A DNA stretch of 63,900 nucleotides, the filler included, from Platydemus manokwari (taxonomy: Eukaryota), in assembly GCA_037951405.1 (NCBI GenBank). It is 5 parts of 5 records of this genome, joined end to end, with 100 filler letters (N's around TTAATTAATTAA, not from the genome) between each part and the next. Parts side by side here need not be neighbours in the genome. Positions count along the whole stretch, not along the records: positions 33,896 to 45,616 come from JBBMOY010499998.1; positions 45,717 to 55,091 come from JBBMOY011257874.1; 3 more parts are not named here. One strand, written 5' to 3'. A model generated the notes under the pieces. That model was not told the origin of the DNA. It saw nothing but the letters and a program-made list of their open reading frames with translations, and made no database searches. Shown here piece by piece: positions 40,085 to 55,091 of the stretch (positions are counted from its first letter, which is position 1; each line of letters starts with the position of its first letter). The position numbers and the translations under genes are program-made.

Positions 40085-43000
40085 TTATTCTGAATGACCA
40101 TTCATGAGGCAAGTTCCCGCTACCTTGTCACCTTTGGCATCGATTTTAGGGAAGTCTTCGTTGCTTGAAGCGTCAGGTACTCGTTGCTGCCAAGGTGCCC
40201 CGGTTAACAGAAAACCGGGGTATTGATCCTTCGCACTGTTCGAGTTATTATTGTTGATATACTGTTCCCGATCTTTTATAGAATTTTTCACTTCTCGGAT
40301 TTGGTTCCTTTCCTCCCACTCATTCAACTAGATAAAATGTAAAACTACACAACTACAGATAATTATTTACCAATTCATTGGCTCGCTCAATAAGAAGATC
40401 GCAACATTTGTCGACATTTTCTTTGTCTCCGATAACTTCAACAAGATTTGCTTTCTCATCATCGGCATTTTTATTAGGAAAATTGATTTCAACTTTGAAT
40501 TGGTCCCGCAATTTCCTTAAAGCTAAACCACGAGCACCAATTAATTGCGGATGAACCTAAACTTATTATTATTATTTATCATTAATAAATAGATCATCAT
40601 ACATCTCTAGGAATATGCAACTCCTCTCTCACTTGAGCCTTTAATCGTTCAACCATAGAAATCAATTCTTCTTCAGCTTTCATCACATCATCTTCATAAC
40701 CTCGAATCGTAATTTCCTCAGATCCGCTATTTTGATCTGGGATTTGTATGGCAACATTGAACTTGCTTCTGAACAATTCAATATTCGATCCTCGTTGACC
40801 GATTATATGTCGATGAAAGACAACTGGGACACTGATTTGTTTTTCAAAATTTCTGGCTATCCTGTCTTGTTTTTCCTCTTCCCAGACAGCGATTAATTCC
40901 TGCAAGCCAGATTTTGCCTCGTTTATGTTCGCCCGAGGCCCCTTGACTGATATGTAATCGCAACCCTTGTTCGCTTGGGGAATATTTACAACGACCTGTG
41001 TATGAGTTAAGAGTGAAAGATAAATACATAACTTACATTATATTTGGTTGAAAAAGTATTGATTCCCTGCCCCTTTTGACCAATAAAATTACGATGAAAT
41101 TCGTTGATAAGCTCAACATCCTCTGTTATCGGCACAAGCTCAAGGAGTAACTCTTGAGCTGATTCACAATTTTCTATGCGACCAGAAATAGTAACCCAGT
41201 TAGCGGGATTGTTTTGCTCAGATTCTGCACTACTATCCCCATCCTCAACACTCTCATTAAGTAAATCGATGCCATTCACGTGATTGTCATCTGTTCCATT
41301 TTCTAAAAAAGACTTATAATTTTTCTAGCTGGTTAAATATAAATATTACCAGCTCTATTTGATAAATCTCTATTTGGAAACTTTATCATGACATCCAAAC
41401 TGTTCTGAATGTTCTTGATTTCAATCATATTACGGGTAATTAAATTTCTATGATGCTTTTGCTCAATGAAAACAGATATACTTGTCTGAGCTTCAAGATT
41501 CCCAATGATATCCTGAATTCTGACCATGGCAGCCTTACAATAGTTAAATAGTAGAGTTTAATTATCTAAGAAATTACTTCAACACATCCCTTAGGTCCTA
41601 TCACTCGAACTTGGTCAGTATTTTCAACAGCATCTTGTTTAGGAAAGAATATTCTAACTCCTCCAAACTCACGAGATATTTCTTCCATTAGAGCTTGACG
41701 TCTTTTAAAGAAATGATTGTGCCATTTCGAATCGATTGTAATATACTTCTCAATTTCATTCTCCTTTATAATTAATAAAATAATTATTACTTAATAAACA
41801 TACATGTATAAATTATTATATTTACCATAGATTTTATCGTTGTTTCTAATTCTTCTTTGGCTTTTTGAACAGCATCTTTAGCTCCAACGATATGGATAAT
41901 ATCTTTATTAGTATCCTCTCCATCAGGGAAAATCAACATAACAGCATGTCTCTTTCTGAATTCCGCTAATTGGGCACCTTTACGTCCAATGAGAAATTTG
42001 TGAAATTCTGATTTTGCAACCACACTATCTTGATGGTTAAGTAAAAGATTTTTCTCAGATAATTCGAACAATTGTTTTTTCGCTTTATCTACATCGTTTT
42101 CTGGACCTCTTATCTTTATTATATCGGAATTTGTTTCACTTGATGGGAATTGAATTTGTACCCCACCACAATCTTGTTGTATACATTTTATTAGTTTTCC
42201 TCTTGCACCGATTAGACTGATATGTAATCTTTGAGGAATGGATATTTCTACTTCTTTAATATTAATTAATTCAGCTTGCATAGCTTCAATTTTTCTCGCA
42301 GCTTCTTCAACGTTATCTCTTTTACCAGTGAGTCTTATTTTATCCGAATCACTATGCTCATCAGGAAAATCAACACGGATATTTGTTTCTTCCCTGATTT
42401 TTCTTATGTTCGATCCTCCTTTGCCAATAATATTCTTATGATATTGCTTGAATATTTTGACATCTTTAATATAATTATTTTCTATAACTTCTTGAATAAA
42501 TTTGTTCAATTTGACAGCAACCTGATCAACTTGTTGCCGAGGTCCTCTCAATTGCACTTTATCACTTTTTGTCGATGGATCCGGGAACATAATAATTACG
42601 TCTGGATATTGAGTGCGAAGTTCTTTCACTCTATTCCCCTGAGCTCCAATCAGTTGGTTATGGTATTTGTGATCAAGAATCACATCTTTTGTCTTTTCAT
42701 TTTCCAATTTAACGGACATGGATTCAATTTCCGCTTTTGCCAATTTAACACCTTCAGGATCCCCTTCAATTCGTATTGTCCAACTACTAGTTCCAACTGC
42801 ATTACTCCCAGGCATTCTTATTTGAACCTTGTGATCATCCTGTATCCTAAGAATATTGGCACCATTTCGACCGATAATATGTCTGTGAAAGCGCGGGTCT
42901 ATTTGGAGCTCTGTCACTGACATGGTTAATTTGAGTTCTTCTATTTTTTCGATAATTTGAGCTTTCAATTCATTTACATCTTCTTTTGGCCCCTCAATTA

Positions 43001-44165
43001 CAATAGAGTCAGAATTATCTAGGAAGTTAATAAAAACACGCTCGTAACGTTCTAATAATTTATTGAGATTTGCACCCTGTTTACCAATGATAAAGCGGTG
43101 TAACCAATTTGGAGCTTCTATATTAACACGAATCATGGATTCTGATTTTTGAATAACCATTGAAAGAGCAGGTGCAAGTCGTTCGTTAGGTCCGAAGAGC
43201 ACAATTATATCATCATCAGAATCTTGACTAGGCATTTCTACGCTAACTCCGGTTTTCTCAAATATCTCTGTAATCCCTGATCCTTTAGAACCAATCACAT
43301 AGCAATGCTGTGATTTAGGAATTGGTAAATTCAAAGATGATGAATTCTTTTTCGTATCCTCATAGATTTTCTGGAGGCTTTGTAAAGCTTGATATACACC
43401 TTCTTTTTCTCCTGAAATAATTATTTCTTCTGAATCTACATTTGGAGGTGGTATATTGATCTTAGCGTTGGTCATTTCTCTAATTTTGTTAATACTGCAA
43501 TTATTTACTCCATTAATAAAAGGATAAAATCGTTTGGGAATTACAATTCTTTCAGTTGCTAATTTACTACGTTCTGTCACGATTTGATTTATTTCGCAAC
43601 GTGCTTTATCAATACCTTCCTTCGTCCCATAGATTGTAACAACATCACTGTTTTCTATGCTTCGGGGAATTGTAACATTGGTATTTGAATTGCTTTCTAT
43701 TTCTTTAAGACTAGCACCATTTCTTCCTAAAATAAATTTATGATATTCTTTAGGCACTTTTATTTGCAATTGTGTCTGAGTTTGTAATTCTTTGGTTAGA
43801 ATTTTTTTAGCATTTAATACACTATCTTGTGGACCACTAATAAACACTGATAAATTCTGATCTTTACCCGAATTTAATTCAATAGAAACTCCACATTTTT
43901 GAGCAACATTTTGACAAATTTTTTTCTGAGCATCATTTTTAATGGAATTAGTATTTTCACGATTCGAAAATCTTCGCTCTGCTAAAGGCACAACAAGTAT
44001 TTGAGTAACTACAGAGGACTTGCTTTGAACAAATCTAGGTTTAGCGTTTTGTACAATTTTTGGCGTATTGCATGTTGGCAATGGTGGAAATTGATCATCG
44101 TATTGCAAAACAAGTTGACTTTGAGTTGATTCTTCAACGTGGTTTTCTGATTTATTCATTTCCAT
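40085..44165 (-). CDS. HDLBP: Vigilin (HDL-binding protein), multi-KH-domain RNA-binding protein
   Basis: A large exon 44165-41826 carries repeated KH motifs (HKFILGRNG, HRFIIGKQG, HRHIIGRNG, HKNIIGKGG). It is followed by short-intron exons (41763-41578 etc.) down to the C-terminal GF..GAPW..PDASSNEDFP. N-terminal YDDQFPPLP is present. Confidence 0.97.
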
Positions 44166-45616
44166 ATTGACGTTGACCTAATTTTAGCCTTAAACCTTTA
44201 ACAGTATCTAAATTAATTAAAAATAAATTAATATATTCAGCAATAAGTATTATCGAATTTTCTTACTGAAAAATAATACTGTACCAATAATTCAAGATAA
44301 TGAAATAAATATCACCAATCCAGCGTTAAAAGCAAATTTTCGACGTTTACAATATAGTGAAACCTGTCGAGTTGTTTAATTTACAAAAGTAATTTGAATA
44401 AACAAATAAAAAATATTTTATTGGTTTTAATATTTAAAAATTAAATTTAAAATATTTAAATTTGAAATTTAGATATAAGATATCTTTTGATGTCAAAATT
44501 TGGTACATAATAAAGTAGTAACTTAAATACTTTTAACAAAAATTCCAAATTGCTTTTTTGAGAACAGCCCTAAATAAATAATGTAACTTAGTTTGATTAA
44601 TTTAGAACTCTGTTAGGAAAACTGCATATATTAATAATGATATATTAATAAAATAGTAGATGCAAAATTGATCACTTTTATATCTAATTTAAATTGGTAG
44701 GTAAAGATTTTTTATTCGTGGGTAAAATTAAGCAAATAAGTCCGCATAAAACGATTCTACTCAAATATCGAATGAATTTTATACATTAAATTATTTTGAA
44801 ATATCCAAATTAGCCTAAAATTTTTCCATTATATTTCGCTGGTATTTCATTTATAATAGAAATTTGTTAATATATATATAATTAGAGAAAATTTAGTTAG
44901 AAACCAAAAGTTGTTTTGTGTTGTTCAAGTGGCTTAATGAATTTAAAATAAACAACTAATTGTTTAACAAATATTAATTAGAGTTTAAAAACATATATTG
45001 CTTTAATGAAGAGTATCTTCTTTATGTATATCTAAAATTTATACATAATCGACACTATTAGCAAATACAATTTATTTTATTTAAACCTCAAACTCATTTT
45101 AAACGAGGATATATATATATAATGAAAACTTTACAGCAATATTTTTTTCTTTATTCCCAAATTTGCAAATAATTTTTTCAATGCTATTTAATAAACTTCA
45201 TGTTATTTGACAAACTGTCTTATCACTTAATTAATTAATTGCTTTATTAATTGGGCGATAAGATTATTACATGATCTGATATTGAATAATATGGGTAATT
45301 ATAGTTTTTGATATTTTTTGGTACTAAATGTGAGATCATTGCATAATTAAATTCAATAAAATCATACAGCAGATAAATTAAGTCGATGATCATTCTGATC
45401 ATATCAAATAACTACTTCTAATATTAGCTAGCTTTATCATATCTTTTAACAGATTGATAAATCTATAAAGGTTAATTTGATGTTGAAAATGATTAAAGCG
45501 CTATTTATATATGCTTTGTCATACAAATATGATATGATTATACTAATATTGATTCATAAACATGAATAATCGAGATACTCATAAATTAGAGTATGGAATG
45601 TACATGGTTCTTTCCT

Positions 45617-45716
45617 NNNNNNNNNNNNNNNNNNNNNNNNNNNNNNNNNNNNNNNNNNNNTTAATTAATTAANNNNNNNNNNNNNNNNNNNNNNNNNNNN
45701 NNNNNNNNNNNNNNNN
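45617..45716. other. Assembly gap/spacer
   Basis: 100-bp N-run with TTAATTAATTAA. Confidence 0.98.
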
Positions 45717-46724
45717 CAGATATATTCTTGTGTAATTTCCATATGCTTAGTTTCAAAATGTCTCATAATACAAGATGTTTGCCATACAATTATCTACATG
45801 TTTACAAAAAATTTGTACAATAGTGATATTTAAATATAATTTTTGAAATTACAAAATCAAATGTTAACGAATCTTTTTAAAACTATTCATACACGATTGT
45901 TATTTTATAAATTGACATCAGTAGTTTTCTAAATTAAACTCATGGAAGTAATAAAAATCATAATCAGTGTGCACGAATTTTAACTTTTTCTTATATTTCT
46001 GGTTATGCATTTTCAGCGCATACATATAAAATATTAATAAATTCAAGGTCAACGTGATTGCAAATTTTGAAAAATTTTTGAAATAAAGTTTTGCAGAATT
46101 TTTGAAATGTTTTAAAGTGAGATAAATTAAAAATTAAAAAAAATAATTTTTGTATTTTCCATCACTGATTTAAATAATAGTACGCGTCTGACAGAATCAA
46201 GTACATTTCTATTTCTATGGGTAAAATACTGACGGTATTGTATTTGGTAATTTTAGATTTGAATTCTAAAGTATTTATCAAAAATAATTATTGATAAAAC
46301 CAATATCGTATATTGTTATAAAATCTTTATTTAAGTGGATTCAATGTGGAGTTTTCTCACAATGAACCTGACTAGTGATAGTAATTAAAATTTAATTAAG
46401 AATTTGGAGGAAAACAGTAAGATAATCTTATATAATATCGTTAATTCTTGAAATGATAAATAAAAATATAAATTATATATTGCTATTCAAATTAAGAGAT
46501 AGGTCAAGGAAGATATAATTTCTAAGCAATAATATATTGTACAACTATATAGCAATTTGTTATTCTTAAAAAGAATTTTACAATTTATAAAGGTAAATAT
46601 TTCAGCCGCAAGAAACTTTATTGATGCTTATAATTGAAAGAAAATTACTTTGCATAATGATTTGGGTTTTTTGGAATTAATAAGCTTGATGTAATTAATC
46701 CGAATGAATAGTAATAATCGAGTT

Positions 46725-46790
46725 GGCACGAAAGCAGAGATGCACATCAGAATTAAAAGCAGTATTTGGTGAAGATGCCGCTCAGAATAA
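46725..46790 (+). mobile_element. Possible tiny mariner transposase N-terminal remnant
   Basis: RDAH/ELKAVFGEDA resembles the mariner HTH 'IH.EL..VYGE.A'. The match is very short. Confidence 0.3.
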
Positions 46791-48598
46791 TATAGAGTAA
46801 ATACAGAATTGCATGTCTATATTGAATTTTATGTTTGGAAATAAATGCATGAAATGTTTGCCTAGTTAAAGCTTTAGGTATGAAAATATCATTTGTTTAT
46901 TCTATAATATTAGTACCTAAATTCTTTATCAAAATTGTGTCCAGATAGCATTGTAATTTATCATGGATTTTTATCCAATCTCACTGATTATTATAGAGCT
47001 ATAAATTTAAGCGGGTTATCAATCACCTGCAAAAATTAAATTTCGTAAATAGAATTAGCACTGTATCAGAAAGTTAATTAATCATAATATCTAGAAACAT
47101 AAATGAATAAATAAAACCAATTAAAAATTCTAAATATAATTTATTAAACATGTGTCAAAAATAAATAATTAAAATAACAAATAAAACATAATAAACTAAT
47201 AAGCAATCCAATTACTTGTCCAATTTCACATTGATTTTAACAGAAATATTATTTATATTTTAAATATTAATTTGCTGGAACAATCTTTAACTGGTTAAGT
47301 CCAGATAAGTTAAAGATTTTAAAACCTTTCTGTTTTATAAGCTTCTATTTGATTTTTGTCAAATTGCACATTAGTATTTTGAACTTAAGAATTATATCGA
47401 ATTCTGAATTATGAAATAATATATAAAGTTATCAAATATTTAACAAATGTCGATAAAAGCCATTGATACAGAAGATAAAAAGAAAATATACCTAGACGTT
47501 AGTCGACAACGGTTTAATAAATGAAAAGTAGAATCGTAAGAAGCAATATAGCATGTACAACATATCCATTTTTCGGTAATAACTACCGGTTATTTTGGTC
47601 GTTAACTCTGTCTTTACTTTTAGTGATTTCTTATTTAATTGTTCTTGCGATTCATTTTGAGTTTCTGGTTAGCATTTCATTTGAGAGTATTTGATTTGAG
47701 TCAATTATATTTTATCTTCAATAGAAGTATTAATAGTAAATCCACATATAATTGAAACATTGTAATTTTAGAATTGAGACTTCGTTTTATACAATTATCT
47801 TTTTTGAAACTGTTAACATTCATCTCGATCTCAAAATATCTGATTTTAGGAATAAAGTATTAACATACTCTTGATCAATATTAGAGTAAGTCGTGATATT
47901 TTTAGACTAAAGTAACATTTCAAAAAACCTATTTTGTCCTAACATTTTTTACCGATAATTTGATATAAAAATTATCTCTTCTGTTAAAAATAAAAATCTA
48001 ATTTGCTGAATATTTGAGCTTATTACAAATGATTTCCATTATTATGTTTTATTTTTGAAATAAGCAATAATTGTTTACAGATTTCTAACCAAATAATTCT
48101 GATTTTCAATGAAAAATTATCGATTATATTTAATTTACTTAAAAATAAAATTATCTAAAATATCTTACATAAATATCTTTTATACATATTTTTCTCAAAA
48201 TCTTTTGATATCTTATCTATGAAGCTAAGCATTCAAAATTTTGTTGATGGCTGAAATGCTTAGGTCAACAATTACCATGATTATAGGTGTTATGAATTCA
48301 GGTCCCATTTATCATACATTAAAAGATTAAAAAATAAAAGAAGGGATTTGTAATAAAAATCACAAAGAAGTCTATAACTCTTAGTAAATTAACACTGTTG
48401 TAAATAACAGAAATGATTTCTTTCATGTACAATTTTATAACGCAGAGCACTATCTAATTTTACTTCGTAGCAATGATTTGTGTGTTTTTGATTCATAATC
48501 AGTATTATAAAATAATTTGGCCTTGCTATTGTTAACCCTCAGGTTAATTCAATATTCAATATTAGTGAAATACATTTAAAAAATTGATGTCTTTCTAG

Positions 48599-48801
48599 GT
48601 TTCAAGGAATACATCAGAACATGTTCAAAAAAACTAATCTTCCACATTCAAATCAATATGGTATGCATCAGAGAATCGCGTTCGGGAAGTGGTTATATGT
48701 GCTTTTGTAATAAAGAAAATTGTAATCGTTCAAACAAAACAGTTACTAATATCTTTGGCTTAGTTGTATGTGCTTTGTTAACGTTGCTAAATGCTCTTTA
48801 A
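48599..48801 (+). CDS. Terminal exon of quiver/sleepless-like Ly6 (three-finger) GPI-anchored protein
   Basis: After a TTTCTAG acceptor: FKEYIRTCSKKLIFHIQINMVCIRESRSGSGYMCFCNKENCNRSNKTVTNIFGLVVCALLTLLNAL*. It matches the quiver R.C..L...VC..E..GSG.MCFC....CN pattern plus a hydrophobic GPI signal. This exon is missing from the ORF track. Confidence 0.85.
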
Positions 48802-50597
48802 CTTTCACGTTGCTCATTGATATATTGATCCTTTTCTTCCTATTATTTTTTAAAGTTTTATTATCTGAACATGTTCAAATTAGCGTTAATCGCTTCACAT
48901 TTAGCTCCTTAGCATTGTTGTATTTAATCATTTTGAAAATTATTTATCATACCTTGTTCTCTTTATTTACATCTAATATATATATTTTATTAGATTGATT
49001 TTTTACATTGACACACTGAAAATTTTCAAAACGATAACCAGAAAGATAATTAAAGCTTATAAGTATGAACGAGAAATTAAAATTTTCAAATCCGAAATCT
49101 AAATAATATTATTAATGATTTTTGTAAACTTTACAAACAGTTTTTGAAATAGTTTAAAATATGATTTACTTAGTCACATATTACATACACCAACAATAAA
49201 CTATACTAAACTAAATGATTTTAACTAAAAATATAATTTATACTAGAATTTGTCGATTCTTTTTTAGTATTTGTGAGTACTTTAAATTAAATTAAAATTT
49301 AATTTGGAATAAATTTATTTTGTGTAAATCAAATTTATTTGTTTAAATAATTGTATTTAAGTATAATTGGATGTCGTGAATTTTCAGTTCGTTTCCAATG
49401 ACTGATTTTTAAAAATAGTAGCGGCTTACAGTATTAATTTCAGAAGTTTCATTTTTTTGGAAATAAATGATTTTATTTCATTGAAAATTCATTGGAACGT
49501 GTAATGAAATGATAAAAATCCATGTCAAAGAAAGCTTTATCCATTTAAAGTGAATGAAGTATTTTGAATCCACTATTTTCATCTATGTAAACTATATGTG
49601 TATGATGTTACAAGATAAACGTGCTTCTACCATTTCAGCATGCATAAAAATACAAAAAGTAATACATGAAAGTAACACAGGTAAGAGTCATAACAGATTA
49701 TACATGGAAAAGGAAATTCCCTTGGCAACTAACAGAAAATAACTTTGACTATCTGAGCTTTTATCTCTTGTGGAGGAATTATTAACCGTAGCAGTCAATG
49801 AGATAATTTCAACATCGCATGAAGAATAAGCTGAGCAAAGATGATTGTACAGAATATATAATATGACTTTTTCTGCATAAGAACGACAATAAATAATTTT
49901 CTATTAAATGAGTTTTCACAATCTGTATGAGAATATATTTATATTACAATGCCAATAATTTATAGGATAAATGAGAAACAAAACAGAAAACAATAAAAAC
50001 CTATTGCTTCATGCTGATAACACTTCAGGAATTGATAAACGGTGCGATCAACTTTGCTTAATAATAAGGCAAATGAAGAATTTGTTATTTTTGCTATTTT
50101 TAGACGTTTTTATTTCTGATGACTTGTTCTACTGGCTTTCATTATCTAAGGTTTTAATCAGTCTACTGTGTTCCAATGACCCTCAAGTAGTAAGTTAACG
50201 TCAATTTGTTGCTTATTCATCTCGACGTTAACAACTTGTATGTAGACAGGAACGACGTTTATAATGACTTTGATATTAATTTTGTTCTCCAAAAAATTGT
50301 CCAGTCTCTTATATTGAAACTGATAAGTTTTTAAAAATAGGATAAAATTTGTTAAAATTCCACTAAGAAAAACTATTGCTTTTATAAAAATATATTAACA
50401 ATATGAAAAAAGACAACGGTTTACAAATTATACTGCTATACAAACAAACGACAGATGCTGGTACAATTCTTCTAAAAATTTGATTAATAAGCCTCTTCCC
50501 AAATATTTGGACTCAATAAATAGAAAGATTATGCTAATATAAATATGATGATTTTGAGGGTCTATGGTTTTATTTTATTTGAATTTCAAAGTTTGAA

Positions 50598-50757
50598 TTT
50601 TTGTTTGGTTTGGCAATATCTGAGCCTAATCAGCTCTCTGAATTCGTCTGACCCACAGGTAATCACTAAACCTAATATTCTGATATTTCTTCGCCTCGAT
50701 CACACCAATCCACGTATGAAAGCGGGGTGGGTGGCTCTAGATATTGCTATAATGATT
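50598..50757 (+). repeat. Decayed coding-like repeat ('DPQVITK' block); related copies at 62620-62780 and, more weakly, 50130-50200
   Basis: TGG.AATATCT..GACCCACAGGTAATCAC.AAAC.TAATATT.TG...TGGCTCTAGATATTG...AATGATT is shared. Confidence 0.75.
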
Positions 50758-53700
50758 TATATTATTATTAACCGTTAACTACTTTAGCTATATCTTGCCA
50801 AAAAGGTGGTGAGATGATTTTTGACGATGATAATATTTACTGAAAATGATTTGTGGAACCTAATGGCACTTGCCGATTTACTATTAAGAACACAATTTCT
50901 TTGATCAAAGTTTATAAATATGAATTACTACAATTAACAAAATAAAAATGACTACTTTTATACAACTAGCACTACTCTTATACAATTATAACAACTATGT
51001 TTAAATATATCAATACTTTTATACACTGAAACGATGGAAAAGTTATGGCATCTTCTGAACCTTCAAACCCCAATAAATTATATATTTTGTTGAGGTTTTG
51101 CCATTGTCATGTGACAAAAATATGCATATAACAATTTTTAGTGATAGTCATGAAATAAAGTTAGTGTATATATGTAGCAATTATTTGTTAAATTCCTTTT
51201 ATACTGAATTTGATCGATATTTATTGATATGATCGGACAATTCCTAAAAGTATTGATGAAAACATTTTAATAAAATGATATTTAAAAAATATCATATTGG
51301 ATATTTCTAATATTATCCCTTCATAAATATTTAATGATCAAAATAATATAATTTAACAATATCTGAAACATCTTTCGAAGAATAACCCATTAAAATTTCC
51401 TTTATAATAAATATGTCCATCAAATAACGCCAAGAAATAACCAACGTCATATTATCGCGAAATAACATTAGGAAATAAATTTTCACCTATTATCACGTAA
51501 AATAAATAAGTGGTAGTAAATAAAATTTTCAATTCATAAAATTGAATAGCAGAGAATTTTTCTCTCCACAAATTGTTACAAAAATACATGGCATTAAATA
51601 ATAATTGTAGAGAATTCCTATGAGTGACTCATCTCTGCTTATATATGGCAGACATCACAGTTATTCCTTGCGTCATTAAACAACCAAAATTCATTATACA
51701 TAAATATAACATAAATATAACATATATATATATATAGTATTTTATTCTAGATTCACCTAAGAAGGCCCAATATTAGTAGAGAATAATGATCCATATTGTA
51801 CGCCATTTTATCTCTTATTTCGGGCTTTGCCTTAAAGATCTTCAAGGTAATTGGTTTTGTTCCAAAAGTGCTGGAATTTATTAATTCAGAAATTTCAAGA
51901 TTCGTCACAATGTTTGTAGTATTTTGTAGCATTAAAATCATCTTGTAAGTCTTATTATTATATTTCATATTAACCTGTATTGTTGTAATCTAGTAATAAA
52001 AATAAAATTATTGGTTATTGATTAAATATAGATTATAAATGGTTTAACTTTGCTCATTATCGTTTATATCAGTTCTGTTTAGGAATCAAGATAAAGTACA
52101 TAAGCTGAGACTGATAATTAAGATGTATTACTATTACCACACTTATTATTTTCACACAATAAATTGCAAGAATAAAATAACAAATATATTCATTACACCT
52201 GCGTCCTTATCAAGAGACTGATTAATATAATAATGGTGTCAAATAGAAAGTAATTTTCAAAGGGTTTTAACTTATTTCAATTCCACCTGATGCTCGTAAA
52301 GAAGTTAATATAAAGCTTGAGTTGATCTATATGTTGAATGGGAGGACTCTTCAATTCAGAATTCTCCAACAAATGAATAATAATAATAATTTGATTTAAC
52401 CAAATAAAAATTAAATTATAATTGATAGTATTTCATAAGCACAGAAATTCAATATTGTGTTAGTCGCAGCAAATCACAGAATTATTAAAAATTGTTTACA
52501 CAAATAGTAATAAAAAACCTCCAAGCGGAGCAGTTAGGCATTTCAAAAAAAATAATAATTGGTGGTGAATCATTGTACGTGTTTGTTCTAGTTTTATTGT
52601 ATAGACTGGTGAAACCATAGTGTATTTATCGTGACGTATTTTAGTAAAACGTATGTTGCATCATGAAAACGGATAATATGCATGCTTAAAGTATGAGTAA
52701 GGTTTTGTATTAGTAGTTCAGGGATTATTGAAGTAATTATTGATTTATGATAATATAAATGTGAAATTAAATTGGTTTCATATTTCTGTGATCATTACTG
52801 TAAAAATTGTGAGCGTTCTTATTCACTGGCAACTTTACATTGAAAGGAGTCATATAAAATATAGAATCACATTTGGAATAGAAGAATATCGGACTTAACA
52901 AACAAAACCAGAGCAGTAATACAATAGTTCGTTTTCTTCTAAGAGATGGAGTCTCAAATATCTCACAATCGTTGAAATCGAGAAACCACTAAATCATACC
53001 AGAACAATAAGAGTAGTTATTAAAGTTATTCATATATTAAAGAGATTTTAACAAAACAGGAGAATTACCAACAAAAACAAGCACAATAGTCGTTCAATAG
53101 AATTTGGAATTTGCGATATTATAAAATTAAAATTTTTATTGTTCACTCAGATTCAGGAGAATTTGATTTTAAAAAACTAAATACAAATAACTAAGGTCCT
53201 TTTATTGTTTCCCTGATTCCCTGAGAAGCGTTATATGATCGTTTAATCGTTATACAACAACGAATTTTCGTCATATTTATCGACTTTAACTTTTTAATTA
53301 CTCACTATAGCACGAGTAATAAGAATCAAAATCATTGTTCGGTCAGTTGTAGAAATATCCGTTATTTGGCATTGGATGATTTGAAAAATTTCTCAGGAAA
53401 CTAAAAAAGAAACTAAAGTCAGGAATGATAAATTAGCCTACGAATTATAATTATTGATGTACAGTAAATACGACACACTAACAACACTTGACCGAATAAA
53501 CAAAAAATAAGTGACAGTTCACAATTAAACCTTTATTTTTGCAATGGCGTGCATGTTGTTTAGTTTATCTTGACTTTCACTATGTATGTGGTTCTTTTTA
53601 TTATTTTTACTTTCGTTTTTATTTATCGAATGATTTTTTATATGCTTTCTAGGCTTGCATTACAAACGTGAGCACAGAATTCAAGTGTTTTGGACAAAGG

Positions 53701-53797
53701 TTATGTAAGTAATAAAGTTCTTTCTATTCCGAATATCTACGATAAAAGTAATCCAAATGATCTGAGTTGAAATGTTTTATCTTTACCACTTTCAATA

Positions 53798-54354
53798 GGT
53801 ACAATTAAAATCGATTAGAAAAAATCCAAAAAATAGAAAATTTAAATTTCGATAATAAAACTTTGCTTAGGTTAGTTATTAAATAAATAGTGTTTTGATT
53901 GAAGCTTCGAAATTTCTTTTGAATTTAAAATTTAAAAATTAAGAGGAGGTCTATCAACGAATATTATATCGTGTCAATACATATAATATAGCTTCCGTCG
54001 ACTATCTAAGAAATGAGTTTAAAAAATAATTTAAGAAAATCTAAATAAATATACTTGGAAATTTTCTAAAAGAAAATTATTAATAATTTACTTAAAGAGA
54101 AAAAATACAAATTAATGAAATATTCCCGTACAATTTCTTTAAATCAATTAATTTAATGTGTGCAGGAACATTATAAAAGAGCCCATTTTGACAACAACTG
54201 CCAGTGTTTTTGTTCAGTAACCTTTCATGTGTAATTGATTTTTGTCTGATTTTTCCCATAGCCAGTCTTTTCTATTCTGTTTTTGGCTTTCGGATGGTGA
54301 TCTTGTCTTGATCGATAATCTACTATTGTATTGTAATACGATTTTAATTGTACC
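53798..54354. mobile_element. MITE with 16-bp perfect TIRs and TA target duplication
   Basis: GGTACAATTAAAATCG ... CGATTTTAATTGTACC, flanked by TCAATA / TATTGA. Confidence 0.65.
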
Positions 54355-55017
54355 TATTGACGAGACGAACTTGTGATTCTTGTAGTGTAATATATAATTT
54401 TCAGATTTCATTGTTAGTTAATTCTACAACACTCCTGTTAATATACTTATTTTACATAAACCTATTATTTGTCTATTTCTCTGTGATTACTGATAAAAAT
54501 GCTAGCAAGTAATTTTGTTTTAAATGCAACGTAGGGCATAAAGTCATTTTAAAAAATTTACTTATAAAAATCTTAATAGTTTCTTGGGGCACTCAAGTAA
54601 TTTATATTTAACTTCATAAATAAAATTTAGATTTTCGTTATTACAATCAGGATTTTTAATTTATTCTCGTCAAAGTAGGAAGCTCAAGACTGGCATCTAG
54701 GACGATATTATTCGATTTGGAATCATATATCATACTTTGATATTCTTTTTTACTAATCCTCTTAATCTATTCGGAATTGCTTGCCTAATAAAGAGAAATG
54801 CTCTATAAAATTTTCATTGAAAAAAACGATAAATAATTAAATTTATATGGGATTAAAATTATTAAAAACAGAACCACAAGACATCTTTATAAAATTATAT
54901 TAAAAATTAATATAGCACGTTAATATTTATAAAAGGATCTGGCTTAAAAAATACTGTTAAGCTCTCAGTTTTAAAATTATTAAAAGTAAAATTTAAATCT
55001 TTTAAAAAAACAAAATG

Positions 55018-55091
55018 TATTAGGTTGTCCCATATGAAATGTCCGATTTTCATGCACATATTTGAAGAAGCATAACTCATAAGAAAATATT
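55018..55091 (+). mobile_element. Mariner-type terminal inverted repeat running into assembly gap
   Basis: TA+TTAGGTTGTCCCATATGAAATGTCCGATTTT, related to the end at 18385. Confidence 0.7.

Noticed and set aside
42276-42920. 214-aa plus-strand ORF (also 42238-42441, 3268-3669 and the 29900-30521 plus-strand ORFs)
   Set aside because: Antisense shadows of vigilin or retrotransposon coding sequence with no motifs.
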